Positions 36,512-50,001 of a stretch of 64,000 bases of DNA are shown here, piece by piece. The notes beneath the pieces were generated by a model. It was given only the letters and a program-made list of their open reading frames with translations. It did no database searches and was not told the origin of the DNA. Made by a program: the position numbers and the translations under genes. Every line of letters starts with the position of its first letter. Position 1 is the first letter of the stretch. Origin of the DNA: Tubulanus polymorphus (taxonomy: Eukaryota > Animalia > Nemertea); the NCBI RefSeq assembly GCF_964204645.1, contig NC_134028.1, forward strand, positions 16,809,653-16,873,652. Direction: 5' to 3'.

Positions 36512-36804
36512 TTTGCCCACTTGGGACTTTAGTCCCAGCGGGCTATTGCGTTCACTTTTCGTCCGCGTCCGTCCATAGACGGAATCCAGTTATTTTGGGA
36601 AGTTTTGAAGACGCTTCAAGGTAACGTCTTGATATTTGGGTTACACATGTATCTACCCTAGACACATCTTCAGCCCGAAAACTGGCCCTGGCAGAATCAA
36701 GACTAGCAGCCATTGTTGTTCGCCAAAATCAGCACTTTTTACACATTTTTGAACTTTTTGAGGGAAATTTTGAAGACGCTTTGATCAATTACCTTGATCT
36801 TTCG
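36512..36804 (+). mobile_element. HINE-A 5' fragment
   Basis: Aligns with 15270-15570. Confidence 0.85.
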
Positions 36805-37025
36805 GACCCGGACTACCACTGGCAATATGGTTGATGGTCACCCGACAAATTCCAACTCTACAACGATGACCATAAACAAATTTTTATCTTTGGTCTTGTT
36901 TGACTACAAAATAATTCTTCAGTCAGGCAGGCAATTCTCCTATAGCAATGCTTAAATCTACCCGCAAAACTTAAGTCCCAGCAGGCTAAGCAGTTTTATA
37001 TGTGGGGCTATCGGATTTAGGCCTA

Positions 37026-37650
37026 CCGTATTTTCCGGCCAATATGCCGATTTTCTAGCCTCAGATTTTTACCCAAAATATCGTGATCGGCTTATTGGGC
37101 GGATACGATCTGACGTAAAAAATCACTTCCCGATCTATGCCACTCTAATGCTCTCAATGATCGTCAAAATCAAGAAAAGTGGTCGATATTTATTTGAGGT
37201 CATTATTTACTACCAATTATAATCTATTTTGAACTATTTTATTTTTACTTTGATTGTTCCATCACCGCACAGCGGCAATGGTATACATTTATATAACGCG
37301 CGAGTTCAACGTACTACCACGTGTCAGTTCATACATTAGTATATATGCAAATCAGCAGTGACCCGCGTACTGCGTGTATGGCTGTGTGTATAGTAATCAG
37401 CTGAGTGAGTCTATATATAGCACAGTCACTCGGCGATGATAGTATACACAGCACTCTCACACATCGGCGGGCGCTACTGTCAGCCTCTTAAATCGTCAAT
37501 TAAGACGAAATAATTGACAAATCAGTGAATTAAAATCTCTGATGCAGGGCCTCGGCTTATTGGGCGAAGCGTTATGAAATCCATGTATTTTAGGCTAAAA
37601 AACTGCCCTCGGCTTATTGGCCGAGTCGGCTTATTGGCCAGAAAATACGG
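37026..37650. mobile_element. Tc1/mariner-pogo-type MITE
   Basis: TA-CCGTATTTTCCGGCCAATA...TATTGGCCAGAAAATACGG-TA. Confidence 0.85.
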
Positions 37651-37773
37651 TATTTGATTCTTGAACCAGATACTTAAAAACGCTTTCACTTGAAAACCCT
37701 ACATAAGGTCATTATCCAAATGAATGATTCCTTGCAAACTGATGAGGCTAATGTCAGAATGATCTGTTTTCAG

Positions 37774-37827
37774 GATTTTCCATCGCTGTGTCAGACATGT
37801 TTGGGAGACAATCCTTATATAAGAATG
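37774..37827 (+). CDS. RBM22: RBM22 exon 2
   Basis: ttttcag|DFPSLCQTCLGDNPYIRM|gtaagt, phase 0-0. Confidence 0.95.
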
Positions 37828-38355
37828 GTAAGTTCTTGTCAATCGGCTACATCCATCCATCAAAGCAATTATTTTCAATTTGAAAGAAATCCCTCATCAT
37901 TGGGTCAGCAGAACAATTTAACGGTTTTCAAATATTATCAATTATCTCCAATTTTGTGAAATTTCTTGAATTAAACACAATCAATGCAACCATTCTTTCC
38001 CATGCTTCTGTTGTCAAATATATGACAACCTTTAGGCCTATGTGCCGCTGACCCAGCATTCCTCACAGTGCCAAGATACTACTGTAGACTAATACAATGT
38101 ACTCTATTGATGCACCAAGACCATTTTATTGTGTCATTGTGGCTTGCATCATTTAGAAAATTGGTAACTTTTCACAAACTTTGTTGTAGTTGCCTCCCAT
38201 CCAAGTGCCTCAGTGATGCTTCAGTGCTTGCTCAGTCTTTAAGAAAAAATTTTAATTTTGGTTGTTCTGCCAAAAGGTTTTACCCATTGAGAACACTAAG
38301 AGCAATTGAAATTTTAACTATGCATGAAGTACATTTATATTTTCTTACTTTCTAG

Positions 38356-38518
38356 ACTAAGGAGAAATATGGACGTGAATGTAAGATATGTGCTCGTCCA
38401 TTCACTGTATTCAGGTGGTGTCCTGGTGCAAGAATGAGATTCAAGAAAACTGAAGTCTGTCAAACGTGTTCAAAAATCAAGAATATTTGTCAAACTTGTT
38501 TGCTAGATTTAGAATATG
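38356..38518 (+). CDS. RBM22: RBM22 exon 3
   Basis: ttctag|[55 protein letters not shown]|gtaagt, phase 0-1. Confidence 0.96.
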
Positions 38519-38849
38519 GTAAGTTAAGTCCTTTGAATAAGGCCATTGCAAACCCTGACAATATCTGAAATAGCTTAATAATAGTTTGTCTTGTTAACTG
38601 TTGATAAGTTGATAACAAAAATTTGCGGTAATCTGCGGAAAAATCAATAGGCCTATGATATTCCATGTGGCCACCAGGGAGTGTTCAATACATGAAAAAG
38701 TGACGACTTCAGATCACATTATAAACAAAACATATTTCATTATGTCCCCCTGGTGGGGATTGGGGCACATAAGATTTCCACCCCTATTGAAAATGCTTAA
38801 TGATAACTGTTTATGATCGATAGTTCCTTGATCTTGTATGTCTCAACAG

Positions 38850-38950
38850 GTTTACCTGTACAGGTTCGTGATGCTGCTCTGAGGATAGCTGATGAAATGC
38901 CAAAATCTGATGTTAATAAAGAATTTTACACGCAAAATATCGAAACGCAG
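38850..38950 (+). CDS. RBM22: RBM22 exon 4
   Basis: caacag|[33 protein letters not shown]|gtaaac, phase 1-0. Confidence 0.95.
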
Positions 38951-38985
38951 GTAAACTATGGGCTTCCTGATCAGAATAATTGACT

Positions 38986-40005
38986 CAGTGCTTCATCTAG
39001 CCAAAAATAGAGGGGCGGTCAGCCCCGCCCCCGAAAATAGCCGCCCTTGTGCCCTTCAGATGTGTCCCATGCTCGCCCTTGTGCCCTCATCACTTCCACC
39101 CTCCTTCCCTTGTCAGTCACAAGTAATGAGTCAGGGCTTTCAAAATAAGCCGTCGCACCCGACTGTTAGTAAGTATCCTGCGACGGCTATGAAATATCTT
39201 GTATGATATCAACGATAGTAGCTCATGTGATCGGTGGTTATATTTAAATGTACTGCAGTCAGTGTGCATCGTGTGAAAACGTGCCTTAGATGCGTGGCCT
39301 AGTTTAAGTTTCCAGGAAATTGGCTGACTTCCAAACTACTGCCAATCATTCTAGCGACTGCCGTTGTAAAGCTGGTAGTTAATATTCGATTCCTTTTGAA
39401 CACATCGTGATGCTCTGGATCTTTTTATCTAGACTATTAGACAAATTTTATATATTCAAGGTGAAAAACTTTGTTCGGTGAACTAACAGAGAGACTCGCA
39501 GAGACAATTAGTTTGAGTAGCCTAATATCAATGATGTGATCTTAAGCTGGCTCATTACCAATTATCAACAGTTACTTGCCAATCACTAACACTATCAATT
39601 TAAATCAATTAATTTGATATTTCTAAGATAAAAAATATGCAATTTCATGTAGGCCTATACACTATTGCTGGCTCTTTTTCGCTGTATCATTTGGTTTGTG
39701 AGATTGCTTTTTTCTGCTATTTTTTTGTCTAACTGGTTTTGTTCATTGACAGGCATAGGTGTAAGGATGTACTGTGGTCAAGTGTGTCACTCATGGCAAA
39801 ATCAGAGTTAAACATAGTTTCTAGTCCTCAATCGTAGTAGGGGGTACCTCGATTCTATGCAATAGGGAACATTGCAGTTTGCCCCTAAAACAGACGTGAC
39901 TCGTGAGTGCGTTATTATATGCCCTTGCTCCAATGGAATCACGCACAAAAATGCCCTTATTTGAAATCAGCACCCTGCCCTTTTTTAATGCTAGATGAAG
40001 CACTG
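38986..40005. mobile_element. Non-autonomous DNA transposon, CAG termini, 5-bp TSD (hAT5-like)
   Basis: TIR CAGTGCTTCATCTAGC / GCTAGATGAAGCACTG flanked by TGACT on both sides. Confidence 0.8.
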
Positions 40006-40204
40006 TGACTGAAATGAATTTATGGAATTGTGTCATTTTTGTGGCGTGCATAGTTGAGAATGGTTCGGTGACTGAAATTTAAATCATCAACATTTGCCTT
40101 TGTAAAGTGAAGGTTTACTGTTTCCCATTGCCATTGGTATGATTGAACTACAATATGTGTGTAATGGCAGTTTGATCATAAAAAGTTCCTTTCTCTGGTT
40201 GCAG

Positions 40205-40374
40205 TTAGCGAATCAAGAAGAAGGATCTGTTGGTTTATTAGGTAAAGCACAGACACCCAGCGACATGCTTCTCAAACTAGCTCGAACAACGCCCTATTAT
40301 AAACGAAATCGACCGCATATTTGTTCATTCTGGGTGAAAGGTGAATGTAAGAGAGGAGAGGAATGTCCCTATAG
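40205..40374 (+). CDS. RBM22: RBM22 exon 5 (most of the CCCH zinc finger)
   Basis: ttgcag|[57 protein letters not shown]|gtgaat, phase 0-2. Confidence 0.96.
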
Positions 40375-41182
40375 GTGAATATTCTATCCTTCTAATTATA
40401 TAACCCTCCCCCCCCCGACGTTGTGCCCTTGGTACAATTCAGCCTGCAAGTATATTCAGTTTTTTAGCTAACGCTATGTTTTCATTCGCATTCTCCTGAA
40501 CTTATCTCTGATTAGCTCAGAGCTAAAATCCCATTGTATGACATATGAGCAATGACAGGAGCATAAAGCATGTGGTGGGCTATTGTGGCATCATCAATTA
40601 GGACAAGCTAATTGCCCCTGCTTTTTATGTAGATCCACAATGGATGTGCATAGTGTCATACCCTCAGTCTGTCGTGCATGCCTGGGTCCGAAAGACTTTT
40701 TGTCACATTTTTTCTGTTTCTGTATATTTTTGATACAGAATATAGAAAAATAGTTAAATTTCTGATTAAAAAGGTGAAATAATTTAGATTTTTAACATAA
40801 AATATAGAAAAATAGTTAAATTTCTAATTAATAAGTTGAAATAATTTTGATTTTTAACATAGAATATAGTGAAATTGTAAAATCCTTGATTAGAAAAGTA
40901 AAAATGATTTAGTAAATGTATTTAAAGAAAAAGAATGAAAGAATAAACCGAATTCAAAATTGAAATAAAAGAAATTAATAACTTATTTTCACTATTTAAT
41001 GTTAAAAATTATATCTCGGCAACAAATTTAGTGTATGGAAGACAATATAAAATCAATAATATTACTGCGATTAATCAAATATTATTAAATGAAACATATT
41101 TAATTACTGAACTAATAGATACTATAGATAATGGTGTTAAAAATCCTTATTAAAAAACCTAATTAAAATATTATTATCCTTA

Positions 41183-41839
41183 CCGTATTTTCCGGTGTAC
41201 AAGTCGACCCAGTGTATAAGTCGAGGTCAAATTTTCAGTTTAATAAGTTGTGCTAGGGCTATAGTCGGTGTATAAGTCGAGTCGCTTCTTCATAAGTTTA
41301 CATATGTCACATTGAAAACAGTGCCGATGTCATTCTCATAGTAGTTGAGAGTATTTACCACTAATTGCAATATTAAATCATTGGGATCTGTTGTTTCTAA
41401 TATTAAATTACCGGATTAGTGCTCATTGTTTGTATCCACATGTTGAATGTATAGTGTATATGTTGAATGCCGCGCACCTGTAGTCTATTATTAGACTGAC
41501 TGTGTATTGATTATTGGCACGCTGCCACAGCATCGCGGCTTATATAAACACTGTACAATGAATATACGGGGTTTTCTTTCTCTTTTGATTTTTAACATTA
41601 GTTAATTTTGAAACATTTCCGAACTATAAGAAACTATTTTTATCAACATCCTAAATTCTGATTGGTATATGAGTGTAGCCTAACAATTAATATTCCATTT
41701 CATCATGGCGACCTTGAACTCTAAACATCGTCAGTTAAGGAAAACGATATCGAAAGTGTAGCCGGTGTATAAGTCGACCTAAGTTTTTTGGACATGATTT
41801 TTGGTCTCAAAAACTCGACTTATACACCGGAAAATACGG
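41183..41839. mobile_element. Tc1/mariner-pogo-type MITE
   Basis: TA-CCGTATTTTCCGGTGTA..AAGTCGA...TCGACTTATACACCGGAAAATACGG-TA. Confidence 0.87.
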
Positions 41840-42761
41840 TATATTCAAAATCACATAAATCAAAATATCAGGAATTAAACATAAAAACTATGAGAATAGT
41901 AACAATTATATATTGAAAAGAAATCAAGTTCACTAATAAATTATATGTTTCTAATATAAATATTTTATAATCAAATTCTAAGATAAATATTTATAATAAA
42001 ATTCTAATAGGCCCTTATGAATATTTTATAATAAAATTCTAAATATTTTATAATCAAAATCGAATATGAATATTTTATAATCAATTCTATTATAGATATT
42101 TTATAAGCAAATTCAATAAATCGGATAGTTATCGATTCCCACTACATCTTCACAAATTTTAATGTTCAAAGACTTATCTAGTCAATTAGTATATGCACAT
42201 AAATGTTGAATCAATATCAGCAGGTTCACTGACCTAAACTAAGCGTGCTTACAGTACCGTATAGTCCTCTTAGTTATTATGGATTTTTGCGTTGGCAAAA
42301 GTCAATAGTGTCGTCGATTCACTGATTTCCGATAGCGTATCCAAAATAAAGTCGAAATTCAATCACTGGGAAAGACTTACAGCATCCATATTCACTATTG
42401 GGCGCTAAAGGGCATTCCCAGTTCCATCATTATCAAGAACATACAAAATATAAAAAGTTCTGCCGTGTACTAGTGAGTCATTGGGAAAACCCATTCATTG
42501 CCATGTGCTTCATCAAAGTTGAACATGCTTACTACTTCACCTGTATACATTGTTGCAAATCCAAGAACAAATCAATTTTATGCCGTAAAGTTTAACGTTC
42601 TCAACTTCTCAGTTGATCCTACTGGACCCATGGTCCTGAATTGATGTTTTCCAGGGAGATTTTATGAACGTCTTGATCAATTGTCTTTATCTTTCATGTT
42701 GTATTGTATCCAAAGCAAAATTCGGTCAATCAGGCACTAGATTTTTACAAGATTTCTCTTT

Positions 42762-45636
42762 TTAGCCCAATTGGGACTTTAGTCCCAGCGGGCTATTGCG
42801 TTCACCTTTCGTCCGTTGTCCGTCCATAGACGGAATCCAGTTATTTTGGGAAGTTTTGATGACGCTTCAAGGTAATGCCATGATATTTGGTTTATACATG
42901 TATCTACCCTAGACACATCTTCAGCCCAAAAACTGGCCCTGTCAGAATCAAGATGGCCAACTGGCGGACATTGTTGTTCGTCAAAATGAGCACTTTTTAC
43001 ACATTTTCAAAGTTTTCGAGGGAAATTTTGAAGACGCTTTGATCAATTACCTTGATCTTTGGTTTATATTTGAATCTACCAAGGGCCCATCAGCATAAGA
43101 AAAATCGACCTGACTCAAGATGGCCGTCCTATGACCTTTTTAGTGGCCAAAAATGTCAATTTTGGCCAGAATTCTAGGTCCTGTAGCTTCCAGGTTTGCC
43201 ATTTCTCATTGCAATTTGTGAGGTATTCTTTGGAAAGGGATGTTTTATACCTCGAGACAGGTATTTTTGATCAGCCAATTATGACACAATTGGCAGCCAT
43301 CTTGGTGTCATCAGTACTCATTCGTAGGTGGGAAAAAGTTTTTCCACATTAAATTCATACCTAAGCATATTGTGTCACTATATTCAATTGGAAAGTTGTA
43401 GCCCATAAAGTTTTCTATGATTTTGGTGAGTTTCAAGGTCATTGGTTTTGTATGTGGCCACGAGGGGGCGTTGAATAATACAATAACTTAGTATTTCTAT
43501 ATTATATTTGTACCTATGCATATTTTGTTACTACAATCAATTGCAAAGTTGTAGCTCATGACAACTTCCATGATTTTGGTGAGTTTTAAGGACATTAGTT
43601 TTTCTATATGGTCACTAGGGGGCGTTGAATTGTAGAATAACTTAGTATTTCCTTATTAGATTGGTACCTAGGCATATTTTGTTACCATGATCAATTGCAA
43701 AGTTGTAGTTCATGACATCGTCTATGATTGTGGTGAGTTTTTAGCCCACTTGGGACTTAAGTCCCAGCGGGCTATTGCGTTCACTTTTCGTCCGTCGTCC
43801 GTTCGAGACGGAATCCAGTTATTTTGGGAAGTTTTGAAGACGCTTCAATGTAATGGGTTGATATTTGGGTTACACATGTATCTACCCTAGACACATCTTC
43901 AGCCCAAAAACTGGCCCTGTCAGAATCAAGATGGCCAACTGGCAGCCATTGTTGTTCGCCAAAATCAACACTTTTTACACTTTTTGAGGGAAATTTTGAA
44001 GACGCTTTGATCAATTACCTTGATCTTTCGGTGTATGTGAATCCCCCCAGGGCCCATCAGCTGAACAAAAATTGGGTCGATCGGACTCAAGATGACCGTC
44101 CTATGACCTTTTTTAGTGCCCAAAAAGGTCAATTTTGGCCCGAACCTGAGTCCTGTAGCTCCTTACTGGTATGCCATTACTCATTGCAATTTGTGATGAG
44201 TATTCTTTGAAAAGGGATGTTTTATACCTGAGACAGGTATTTTTGATCAGCCAATTATGACGCAATTGGCGGCCATCTTGGTGTCACCAGTAATCATTCG
44301 TAGTTGGGAAAAAGTTTTTCCACATTGTATTGATACCTAAGCGTATTGTGTTACCACAATCAATTAGAAACTTCATCAATTAGAAGCTCATAACGTGTTC
44401 TATGATTGAAGTGAGTTTCAGGGTCATTGGTTTTTGTATATGGCCACCAGGGGGCGTTGAATAATACAATATCTTAGTATTTCTATGTTATATTCGTATC
44501 AGTGCATATTTTGTAACCACAATCAATTGCAAAGTTGTAGCTCATGACATCATCTATGATTGTGGCATTTTTTAAGGCCATTAGTTATTCTATATGGTCA
44601 CCAGGGGGCGTTGAATAGTAGAATAACTTAGTATTTCCTTATTATATTGGTACCTAGGCATATTTTGTTACCATGATCAATTACAAAGTTATAGTTCGTG
44701 ACATGTTCTATGATTGTGGTGAGTTTCAAGGTCATTGGGTTTTGAATATGGTCACCAGGGGGCGTTGAATAGTAGAATAACTTAGTATTTCCATAATTAA
44801 GTGGTAACGAGGCATATTTTGTTATCACAATCAATTACAAAATCGTAGCTGCTGACATGTTCTATGATTGTGGCGAGTTTCAAGGTCATTGGTTTTTGTA
44901 TATGGTCACCAGGGGCGTTGAATATTGAAATTGTTAGATTGTTGAGCATTTGGAACCACTTCCCAAGTGGGCATGGTGTCCCTGGACCCCTAGTTAAGGA
45001 CATTAGTTATTCCATATAGTCACCAGGGGGCGTTGAATAGTAGAATCGCTTAGTGTTTCCTTATTAGATTGGTACCTAGGCATATTTTGTTACCATGATC
45101 AATTGCAAGTTGTATTTCATGACATGTACTATGATTGTGGTGAGTTTTAAGGTCATTGGGTTTTGCATATGGTCACCAGGGGGCATTGAATAGTAGAATA
45201 ACTCAGTATTTCCGTATCAAATTAGTAACGAGGCATATTTTGTTATCACAATCAATTACAAAATCATAGCTGCTGACATGTTCTATGATTGTGGTAGGTT
45301 TCAAGGTCACTGGTTTTTGTATATGGTCACTAGGGGGCGTTATGTATTGAAATTGTTAGATTGTTGTGCATTTGAAACCACTTCCCAAGTGGGCATGGTG
45401 TCAGTAAAATTAAATTAGATTAGTAAAATTAGAAAGTTAAATTAGTAACGAGGCATATTTTGTTATCACAATCAATTACAAAATCAAAGCTGCTGACATG
45501 TTCTATGATTGTGGTAGGTTTCAAGGTCATTGGTTTTTGTATATGGTCACTAGGGGGCGTTATGTATTGAAATTGTTAGATTGTTGAGCATTTGAAACCA
45601 CTTCCCAAGTGGGCATGGTGTCCCTGGGCCCCTAGT
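42762..45636 (+). mobile_element. HINE-A outer copy in RBM22 intron 5, with duplicated 3' end
   Basis: Same termini as 15269-16648; last repeat and 3' end occur twice (to ~45402 and to 45636). Confidence 0.85.
43741..44994 (+). mobile_element. HINE-A inner copy nested in the outer copy
   Basis: Complete 5' and 3' ends; flanks rejoin as GGTGAGTTTT(T)AAGGACATTAGTTATTCC, as at 16063-16090. Confidence 0.87.
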
Positions 45637-46036
45637 TTGAGGTTTACTTTGGGAAGGGTTTTTTAGCCCAATTGGGACTTCACAGAGCTGCCAACCATCC
45701 TGTTTTGCCGGGACTTGTTCCGTGGACACGGCACTTGCCACGGCGTTGTCCCTGACAGTATTAAATTGTCCCGGTTTTTAGTATATTGAGAAAAATCCTG
45801 GAGATTTCTCGAGTGTCCCGTCTGATATAATAATTGTCCCATCTGACATTCCCAATGTACCGCGCTATCAAGAAATTAAGAAAATGTTTTTTCCTGCTGC
45901 GTGTATCTTTATACATTAGTCCCGTTTAACTATTAGGCCTATGTATGTTTTCATCTACAAGCGAATGAGGTCACGCGTCGATACCTGGTAGCCTTGGCAA
46001 CACTTGACCTTTTTATTTCGTGATGATTCACCAGCT

Positions 46037-46345
46037 CATCCTCCCTCTGCAGGGACTCGAACCTGATGGCATCGCTACACTCAGCCACGGCACGAACCCC
46101 TGCATCAGTAGACCGGGTGCGCAGGTACATGCGCGGCTTTCCGAACGAAAACTGGCGGCACCAATCAGATTGCTCGTTGTATAATCGTTGAGGCAAATTT
46201 CAAGGAACTATAAATGGGAAAACCCGGGCTAAAATAAAACGGGATTTCTGATTGGCTAAAAATCACATCATCTGAACTGCGCATGTGTCTGCGCACACGG
46301 TCGATTATGGCAGGGTTTCGTGCCGTGGCAATCGCGATGCCATCT
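46037..46345. mobile_element. Truncated copy of the foldback MITE at 60202-60540
   Basis: Near-identical sequence (paralogous ORFs 45951-46196 and 60044-60361); right TIR cut short. Confidence 0.8.
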
Positions 46346-47089
46346 ACTATACACAGCGGATATTACGAAATAAATACACGGAAATAAACGTTCTGGAGGG
46401 GGCCCCAGGCGGCCCCGGTCGAAGGTAAGATAATATTTTTCATACCCTGGGGTCCTATCGACCCCAGATTTTCAAAACCAACCAGAAACAACCAGTAACA
46501 TTCTATTTTAGCCAATTCTTGTAATAATTTTCAAGAAAAGTTGTGTTCAGGAGCTCAGAAATGCATTCGTTTTTCAAATTGTTTGCTCCGCTTCAAAGTT
46601 ATGAATAAAGTATTATATAACTGATTGTTAATGACATACAACAAATAAACCTTTAAAGAAGGGTACCTAGTGTCTGATATTCTACTGAAAAATTCCGGAT
46701 TGATTCACCGCATAGTTTTTTCATAGTGAGTATTTTAGTATCTGAATCAATTAAGATGTTTGACAAACGCGGGTGCGGTTGTATCAGCTGTTGAAGACGT
46801 TCGATGTAAACTATAATTTTAACCACGTGTGCGATGAAAACGGGGACATCAAACTAAGAAGCACTGAATTTTTTAATTACATATGATTTGAACAGGCAGT
46901 TGTGCTGGTTTTTCGAAAGTCGAATCTTAATTGACTCCTATTGCATAGGCCTAAGCCAGGCTCTCTGGAATTGAATTGAATTCGACACAGTAATTCACTT
47001 GTAATTTGTGATGAATCTCTTTGAAAATTAGCTTGAAGATTGGGTTTGGCGAGATGTCCATCCCTATTGTAAAAAATTGTCATTGGTGA

Positions 47090-47440
47090 TCAAATATGGC
47101 TGCCATTGGTGTGGCCATCTTGAATTTCTTGTTAGCACGATGCAGCCCACAATTCTTGATGGATTTCCACAAAATTTGGTGTGAGGATCAGGGTAGGTAA
47201 GCTGTCCATGCCTTTTGTATATGGAGGTCATCGGCTTTCAAATATGGCCGCCAGGTCAGCCATCTTGAATTTCTAGCAAGAAACAGCCTGCAATTCTTGA
47301 TGCATTTTCATGATACTAGGTGTAAGAATTTTTGGTAGGTGAAATGTCTACTCCTTATTGATAATTTAGTTCAAGTATGGCCACCAGGGTTGCCATCCAT
47401 CCTGAATTTCTTTACAGCACGATGCCTACACCAATTCTTG
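47090..47440. repeat. Diverged tandem repeat with CAAATATGGC..GCCATCTTGAATTTC units (3 copies)
   Basis: Direct reading. Confidence 0.65.
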
Positions 47441-48816
47441 TAGTGTGATCTTTGGGGCATCTAAAATGGGCTTGTCTTTTCATGTAAGGATATATTTACA
47501 GAAAATGAACATTATCGCCACATAGCCTATACCATCTTAACTATTTTAACACTTGGTACATCGTTACAATGTAAATCTCTGTAAAACTTTGAGTACTGAA
47601 TCATCCCTCATCTACTGCGTCATGAAGGTATAATATATGATACCGTGGCGCCACCCAACGGTGATCTATGGAACATTCATGTAAATGAGCTACGTCCTTT
47701 CAAACTACCCACGGCGCAGCTAAATAAATGCGATGAAAAATAGACACGTCGCAAATATACAAGTACGGTGTAGCAATTATCCTACGTCGGAGAAAATATA
47801 CACCAACGCCAATATACCACGGTGATTTAGACGAAGTAACAATGGTCATGTTTATTGCATGAATTGCGTTCCATATCCTTCTTCCTACTTATTTGCTATT
47901 TTTCATTGAAATTTCCGATGGCTTTTCTATGAAAAGGGATCTAATACCTAGGACAGGTATTTTTTATCACCCAATTATCATGCAATTGGCGGCCATCATT
48001 GTTTCAAATAGTCCAAAAATTATCTAAAAGTATAGGGGGGTTGATGATGGTCTCACTCATCTGGTCCGGTGAGATTGGTAATCAGGTGAACAGTAAAAGG
48101 GCATTTCCCCGGTAACAGAATTATAGTTCAGACCCTTCAATCAATTCTTATGGCAAGTTAGATTTGAAATCAAGATACCAAACACAGTCGTGGTGAGAAG
48201 CTGCGCTCTGATTGGTTGTTTAGGGAATACCAGGGAATACTCTCAGGCAGCTAGCATCATTCTCTCACTGATAGTTTGCATTCGTGAAATAATTCCGGAC
48301 TATTTTTAGGTTTTGCATTATCCTGTACATCAATGAAATAGTTAAACAGAACTACAATTTAATTTTGTTTCAAGGCATGAGACTCATCATCTTATTATAG
48401 TGAATAAGTTGCAATAATTTGCAAATAAATTCATATTTCATTAAAAAGAATGTGTATATGTTATTCCGTTACCATCTTATTGAAAAACTGGAGCAAACTT
48501 TCTTTTTAAGTACACATTGTTCTAACATGAATAAAGAAAAATCTGGTGGCTGGAAATTCCATTCAAGTTTCATGCCGATGTTTGCAAATGAGATCTGCTT
48601 ATCATGGATCTTAAGTCCATGGCTATATCTAAAGGATCCAATATTAATGAATAATTTTTTCTGCTCTTGTAATTTCTTTTTTGTTTACTCGGTTATCAAG
48701 GAGCATTAGTCTCTCTTTTCTGTTAATATTTGATAAAAAAATAAAACACTAAATTAGATTAAAGTATACTAGAAATAGTAGTTAGATAAACTCTGTTTTT
48801 CATCGTGCTGCTTTAA

Positions 48817-49759
48817 CCCTTTCAATACCGCAGTGTTTCTCCTGCTGTACCGGAGGGAATTTAGGGGTTTATAGGGGTATATTTGAGGCTTCATGATTTA
48901 TGAACTATTTTATTAAAATTGTTACCAAGGTATCTGACACAGAAAAATTATATAGTATGTTGTGGATAACTTTTTGTCCTATAAAGTAGACATAAATAAT
49001 TTGGATATAAGTGAACTTGAGGTCAAAGTCACATAATCCAAGATGGCCGCCATGAAAAAAATTCATGAAAAAGTTTCAGATAAACTGCTCCGTCTCCCAG
49101 GAAAATACACTGATCTATTCCATTTTAACTGAAATTGTATGCCATATATCCTTACTTTATGTAGTAAAAATTTCATAGCAATAAAACAACTCAAAAGTTT
49201 TTTCTAATCATTTACCCATATTTCCACCGAAATGTCAGAAGGCCGTAGCCTATGTGAGGGGTTTCATTGGGGTATAATTCAGGCATCAGAAAATTGTTAC
49301 CTATGTATGTGACACTGATATATTATAATACCATGGTGTTGACAACTATTGGGTCTACAAATTAGACAAATAATTTGCATATATGTGACCTTGAGGATGG
49401 ACAGTTTCTGGTTCCTCATTACTATTATTGGTATCCATTGCCATGACAACGGGATCAGCCGGGTCTGAAAAATTGTCACTGATTTCATTTTCATCATCAT
49501 CATCATCGAAATCATTGCCGACACTATACCTTTTTTCTGACTAAGTCTCATCATCTGAACTACCGCTGTCATATTCTTTGTCACTCTCATTATGGTCACT
49601 ACCAAATTCCAAGTCACCAGCATCACTGTGAGCATCATTTACGAGCTGCTGAACCGTTTCATCCAGCCAAATTGTTTTTTCCTGGCTACTGCCATCTTGG
49701 ATTTTATGCAGATGGCAGCACCGGCTGATATAGATAGATATGCCCTCCTAGTCGAAGGG
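48817..49759 (-). mobile_element. Internally deleted piggyBac-like element
   Basis: TTAA-CCCTT...AAGGG-TTAA; minus strand retains an acidic N-terminal remnant (SDKEYDSGSSDDET*..DFDDDDDENE..W) just inside the end. Confidence 0.6.
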
Positions 49760-50001
49760 TTAAGCCATACCGTATAACATACGGTACGGGTATGCTAGCT
49801 TGCCTCTTTGTACCGTATGCCATACGGTAGTAAGGGTTAAAACGCGCTACAGACTACTGTTGGCGTACTGTGTAGGGCAATGATATGCCTATATGTAAAT
49901 GTTGTTATGGAAACTATCGATAATTCAGACATGACACGTGTGTGTGCATACAGTAGTAGGGCTATGGCACTGTATTTAAACCTTCGTTTTTAACTGTTAC
50001 T

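Noticed and set aside
40735-42125. AT-rich degenerate repeats as possible further viral coding remnants
   Set aside because: Short tandem units (~62 bp and ~25-30 bp) with no ORF or motif support.
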